From positions 116,810,001 through 116,874,000 of the forward strand of contig NC_086108.1 of NCBI RefSeq assembly GCF_963921235.1: DNA of 64,000 nt. Direction: 5' to 3'. This document shows positions 58,501 through 64,000 of this stretch, one piece after another; position 1 is the first letter of the stretch; each line of letters begins with the position of its first letter. The position numbers were made by a program, and so were the translations under genes. The DNA is from Mobula hypostoma (taxonomy: Eukaryota). The notes beneath the pieces are model-generated. The model did not search any database, was not told where the DNA came from, and was given only the letters and a program-made list of their open reading frames with translations.

Positions 58501-59560
58501 TCTGCAGTATACTGGACATTCAAGAGTGTCAGGGAAGTGAAGTATGTGCAGTGAAAATTACGACTGAGAAGGTGCTCAGGAAGGTTAATGGTCTGAGGGT
58601 GAATAAATCTCGTGGACCTGATGGAATGCACCCTTAGGTTCTGAAGGAAGTAGCTGGGGAGATTGCGAGGGCATTAACACTGATCTTTCAAGAATCGATA
58701 GATTCTGGCATTGTACCAGATGACTGGAAAATTGTAAACGTCACTTTGCTATTTAAGGAGGGTGGGAGGCAGCAGAAAGGAAACGAAAGACCTGTTAGAC
58801 TGACATCGGTGGTTGGACAGTTATTGGAATTGATTGTTAGGGATGAGATTACGAAGTACCTGGAGGCACATGATAAGATAGGCCAATGGTTTACTGAAAG
58901 GAATATTTCTGCCTAACTAACCTACTGCAATTCTTTGAGGAAATTACAAGCAGGGTAGACAAAGGAAATGCAGTGGGTGTGGTGTACTTGGTTTTTCAGA
59001 AGGCCTCTGACAAGGTGCCACACAGGAGCCACTTTGACAAGGCGCCACACAGGAGGTTGCTTAGCAAGATAAGAGTCCATGGAATTACTAGGAAGTTACT
59101 AGCATGGGTGGGACATTGGCTGATCAGCAGAAAGCAGAGAGTGGGAATAAAGGGATCCTATTTTAGCTGGCTGCCGGTTACCAGTGGAGTTCCACAGGGG
59201 TCGGTATTGGGACTGATGCTTTTTATGATGTATGTCAATGATTTCGACTATGGGAATTATTGACTTGTGGCTAAATTTGCTGATGTTACAAAGATATCAG
59301 GAGTGGGTAGTGTTGAGGTTTGACTTTGGTCAGAGTCTGGTAAATCTGTGGAATTTGTTGCCAAGAGCGGCTGTGGAGGCCAAGTCATTGGGTGCATTTA
59401 AGACAGAGATAGATAGGTTCTTATTTGGCCAGGGCATCAAAAGGTATGTGGAGAAGGCAGGGGAGTTAGGATGACTGGAAGAATTGAACTGCCATGATTG
59501 AATGGCAGAGCCTACTCGATGGGCTGAATGGCCTACTTCTGCTCCTATATCTTATGGTCT
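55550..59560 (+). mobile_element. CR1 ORF2 remnants with a nested younger CR1 (about 56692-57805) and a minus CR1 3' end (about 58020-58405)
   Basis: APE YLNAHSMRNK and VGDFN; open 257-aa ORF2 C-terminus 56975..57748; RT motifs. Confidence 0.88.
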
Positions 59561-62478
59561 TAGTCTTCCTAAAGTTCAACACCATCTCCTGTATAGAGCT
59601 CTCTGGGAAACCTTGACTGGGGTGGGTTTGGAACTCTCCTGGAATGGTACAAGGGAAGGGGTAATGGCACAGATTGATCAAGTAGGTGGAAGAGGTTGGG
59701 AATGATCATGGAGCATAGATATGGAGAGTGATTCTAGGGGTGCAGAGAAGACTAATAGGGAAGAGTCAGTGAGGTGAGGTTGATGGATGTAAAGGAATTG
59801 TATTTCGAAGTAGGGTTTCGAAAACAATGGGGAGTTGGGGTGGAGGTTTGGGGCAAAGGTAAAGAAGGAAACATTCCATCCTTGGGATCTGCTCTGGATA
59901 AATTTTGGTCTGGAAGGGATGGAGGCAATGAAGGATTCCTTCCCCGGTTGGGCATGTGCTTTGGGTTCTGCTTGATCAGATGGGTATGGAATGGGAAACG
60001 AACTCTAATAAAGGGGAAGTGTTGAATTTGGGAAATCAAACCAGAGTGGACTATCACAGTGATGGCTGGACTGTGGAGACTGTGGAGAACAGAGTGCACA
60101 ATGAGTAAAGCACATGTTTCCCTGAGAGTGCTCTCACAGGTGGACAGAATGGTGAAGAAGCTGCTTGAAAGACGTTTCCTCAGTCAGTGCACTAGGTATA
60201 GAAGTTGAGATGTTACATTACAGTTGTAAAGGAGATTGGTGAGGCTGCATCGGGAGTACTGCGTACAATTTACATGTTCAAAGTAAATTCATTATCAAAG
60301 TACATATTATGTCACTATCTACATCCTGAGGTTCATTTGCTTGTGGGTATTCCCAGTAAATCACTGAATTGTGGCTGAAAGAAGATTATAACTGGGAGCT
60401 AAATATATTTAATCGAAAGGATAGGCAGGAAGGCAGAGGGGTGACATAGAAATGTTGGTAAAGAAATGAAATCAAATCATTAGGAAGAGATGACATAGGG
60501 TCAGAGGTGTTGAATCATTGTGAATAGAGCTGAGGGTAAAAAGACCCTGATGGGAGTTGTATACAGACCCCCAAGGCAGTATTAAAGATGAGGCCCACAA
60601 ATTACAATGGGAGATAGAAAATGCATGCCAAAAGGGCAATGTTGCAACAGTCATGGGGGACTTCAATGTGCAGGTAGATTTGGAAAATCATGTTGGTGCC
60701 AGATTCCAGGAGGTGGAAATTCTGGAGTGCCTATGAGGCAGCTTTTTGAGCAGCTTGTGGTTGAGCTCACCAGTGGATCAGCTATTCTGGTTTGGGTGTG
60801 GTGCAATGAACTGGAATTGATTGGAGTCTAAGGTAAAAGAACCCTTTGGGGCAAGTGATCATAATGTGACTGAATTCACCCTGAATTTTGAGAAGGTGAA
60901 GCTAAAGTCAGATGTATCAGTATTACAGTGAAGTAATTACACAGGCATGAGAGAGGAGTTGGCCAGAATTGATTGGAAGAGAACACTGGCAGGGATAACG
61001 GCAGAGCAGCAATGGAGGGAATTTCTAGATGCAATTCGGAAGGCACGGGATATATACATCCCAAAGAGAAAGAAATATTCTAAAGGCAAGATGACAGGCT
61101 ACTGAAAGAAATGGCAGAAGTTATAGTAGAGGCTTTGGAATAATTAATCAACGACTCAACTTTCATCAATGTGTTTAGTCACATCCTCAAAAACTTCAAT
61201 CAGGCTCGTAAGGCACGACCTGCCTTTGACAAAGTCATGCTGACTATTCCTAATCATATTATACCTCTCCAATGTTCATAAATCCTGCCTTTCAGGATCT
61301 TCTCCATCAGATTACAAACCACCGAAGTGAGACTCACTGGTTTATAACTTCCTGGGCTGTCCCTACTCCCTTACTTAAATAGGGGAACAACATCTGTTTC
61401 CAATTTATGCTTCCAAGCTCCTGCATGATCACCTCATATTTCCCCTAACTTGTCTGTTCCTATCCCTCTCCAATGCTATGGTAAAGGAGACAGAATTATG
61501 ATCAATGTCTCCAAAATGCTCTCTCACTGAGAGACCTGACACCTGACCAGGTTAACTTCCCAATACTAGATCAAGTACAGCCTCTCCTCATGTAGGCTTA
61601 TCTACATATTGTGTCAGGAAACTCTCCTGAACACACTTAACAAGCTCCATCCCATCTAAACCTCTCACTCCAGGGAGATCCCAATCAATATTTGGGAAAT
61701 TAAAATCTCCTACCATAACAACCCTGTTATTGTTACTCCTTTCCAGAATCTGTCTCCCTATCTGCTCCTCGATGTCCCTGTTACTATTGGGTGGTCTATA
61801 AAAAACACCCAGTAGAGTTATTGACCCCTTCCTGTTTCTAACTTCCACCACAGAGGCTCCGTAGACAATCTCTCCATGACGTACTCCTTTTCTGAAGCTG
61901 TGATACTATCTCTGATCAACAGTGCCACGCCCCCACCTCTTTTGCCTCTCTCCCTGTCCTTTCTGAAACATCTAAGGCCTCACACTTGAAGTAACCATTC
62001 CTGCCCCTGCACCATCTAAGTCTCTGTAATGGCCACAACATCATAGCTCCAAGTGCTGATCCACGCTCTAAGCTCATCCGCTTTATTCATAATACACTTC
62101 ATATTAAAATAGACACCTCTCAAACCATCGGTCTGAATGCATCCCTTCTCTATCACTTAACTATCCTGCCTTTTGGACTGTCCAAGTTTTCTCTATTTGT
62201 GACCCAATCTCCCTTTCCTCTGTCACTTCAGTTCAGTTCCCACTCCCCCAGCAATTCTAGTTCTCCCCAATAGCCTTTGAAAACCTCCCCGTCAGGATAT
62301 TGGTCCCCCTCAGATTCAAGTGCAACCCGTCCTTTTTGTACATCAGGTAGGAGGTACTGGCCTGAAGGCACAGACTCAGCAATTCAGGAACAGCTTCTTC
62401 TCCTCTGCTATCTGATTCCTAAATGGGCATTGAACCCGTGAACATTACCTCACTTAAAAAAAAGTATGTATTATTTCT

Positions 62479-62566
62479 AAGTTGCTGGTGAACGCAGCAG
62501 GCCAGGCAGCATCTATAGGAAGAGGCGCAGTCGACGTTTCAGGCCGAGACCCTTCGTCAGGACTAA
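62479..62566 (-). mobile_element. Penelope terminal-repeat fragment
   Basis: Matches the palindrome arm at 27465-27549 and extends through cttcgtcaggactaa. Confidence 0.85.
62529..62564 (-). ncRNA. Minimal type I hammerhead ribozyme (predicted)
   Basis: Minus strand AGUC-CUGACGA-A-GGGU(CUCG)GCCU-GAAAC-GUC^GACU; stem I AGUC/GACU; palindromic ACGU in place of stem III. Confidence 0.75.
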
Positions 62567-63574
62567 CCCCAGAATAGCCAGCTGTCCTTTTAGAATGGAG
62601 ATGAGGAGGAATTTCTTTAGCTAGAGAGAGTTGAATCTGTGGAATTCATTGCCACAGGCAGCCTTGGAGGCCAAGTCTTTATGTATATTTAAGGCAGTGG
62701 TTGATAGAGTCTTGATTGGTCAAGGCATGAAGGGATATGGGGAGAAGGCAGGATCAGTCATGATGAGATAACAGAGCAGACTCGATGGGCCACATGGCCT
62801 AGTCTGATCTTGTATCTTATGGTCTAAAAGTCAAAAATAGAAGAAACACAATAGAATCAATGAAAGACCACATCCATCAAGAGGGACAAACACCAATGTG
62901 CAAAAGACGACAAACTATGCAAATAAAAAAAGGAAATAATAATAATAAATAAATAAACAATAAGTGATAAGACCATGAGATGAAGAGTCCATCAAAGTGA
63001 GTCCTTAGTTTTTGATCACCCTATTACTGAAAAAATATCATTAAGCTGGAAAGAGTGCAGAGAGGTTTATGAGAAAGTTGCCAGGACTAAGTTAACAGCT
63101 GAAGTTGCACAGGCAGGCTGTTTATGCCTTGCAGACTGAGGAGTGATCTTATAGAGGTATATAAAATCAGCAGGGACACCAATCTGATTAATTTTTTTAA
63201 TGAAACGGCCAAGCAGATTCATGAGAATAGGGTGGTAGATGTTGCCTGCTTGGACTTCAGCAAAGCTTTTGGCAAGGTCCTGAATAGTGGATTGGTCTGG
63301 GGGATTAGAGTGGTCAGTACAAAACTGTCTTGGTGATAGGAGTCAGGAGGAAGATGGGAAATGGTCTCAGACTGGAGATTTGTGACCTGAGGTATGCCAC
63401 AGAAGCTGGTACTGAGTCCACTGTGACCAGTGGTGCCCCACAGGGTCCACTGTTGTTGGTCAGTTATATTAATGGTTTGGATGAGAACATAGCTGGTATG
63501 AGTGATAAGATGACAGATGACACTGGTGGTGGTGGTGAGGTGGAAAGTAAAGGTTGTCTGAGATTACAACTGGA

Positions 63575-64000
63575 ACTTTATTTCCTGCGGAGCATCAAGA
63601 AAGCTCACCTCTGTCCCAGGATACTGACGGACTTTTACCGCTGTACCACTGAGAGCATACTCACCAACTGCATCTCAGTATGATATGGCAGTTGTCCCGT
63701 ATCGGACAGCAAAGCACTGCAGCAGGTGGTGAAAACTGCCCAGCGGATTATCGGCACCCAATTGCCCACCATTGAGAACATCTACCATAAACGCTGCCTG
63801 GGCAGGCAAAAAGCATTATCAAAGATGCATCTCACCCTAACCATGGACTTTTTACTCTCCTTCCATCTGGTATGTGCTACAGGAGCCTCCACTCCCGCAC
63901 CAGCAAGCACAGGAAGAGCTTCTTCCCTGAGGCTGTGACCCTGCTGAACCTCACATCACAGCGCTAAGCAGTATTGCACCCATATTGTACTGTCTCAGTA
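63575..64000 (+). mobile_element. Rex/Babar-like LINE 3' fragment
   Basis: LYFLRSIKKAHL..ILTDFYRCTTESILTNCISV; VVKTAQRIIG motifs. Confidence 0.8.

Larger units (their letters stand above)
59900..63575. mobile_element. Mosaic of old CR1 (+/-) and Rex/Babar-like fragments
   Basis: APE ORF 61588..61851 (FYRPPNS, VGDFNFPNIDW); CR1 3' end at about 62570-62825. Confidence 0.75.

Noticed and set aside
50760..64000. Expected next upstream collagen exon
   Set aside because: No Gly-X-Y segment with splice sites found by eye; it probably lies beyond the window.

Overview
Vertebrate genomic DNA, most likely an elasmobranch (inferred from the CR1-dominated, HE1/V-SINE-like and Penelope-like repeat content). 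The window lies inside one minus-strand clade-B fibrillar collagen gene (COL11A1-like; a COL5A3 orthologue is not excluded). I traced 18 consecutive phase-0 Gly-X-Y exons (45/54/90/108 bp, all GT-AG) from 50759 down to 6080, totalling 1206 nt (402 aa) of uninterrupted triple helix. The gene continues beyond both ends. Introns are filled with nested CR1 LINEs, Rex/Babar-like fragments, Neptune-type Penelope-like elements, RTE-derived non-autonomous retroposons, hAT MITEs and many satellites. The most notable hidden layer is catalytic RNA. A TSD-flanked non-coding retroposon (12601-13166) begins with a complete HDV-like ribozyme fold carrying an unusual hairpin in L3. The Penelope terminal repeats carry minimal hammerhead motifs, one intact at 62529-62564. 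A TSD-flanked perfect 85-bp palindrome has its apex inside such a hammerhead. Repeat boundaries are by eye unless a TSD is quoted; comparisons with human proteins are from memory.
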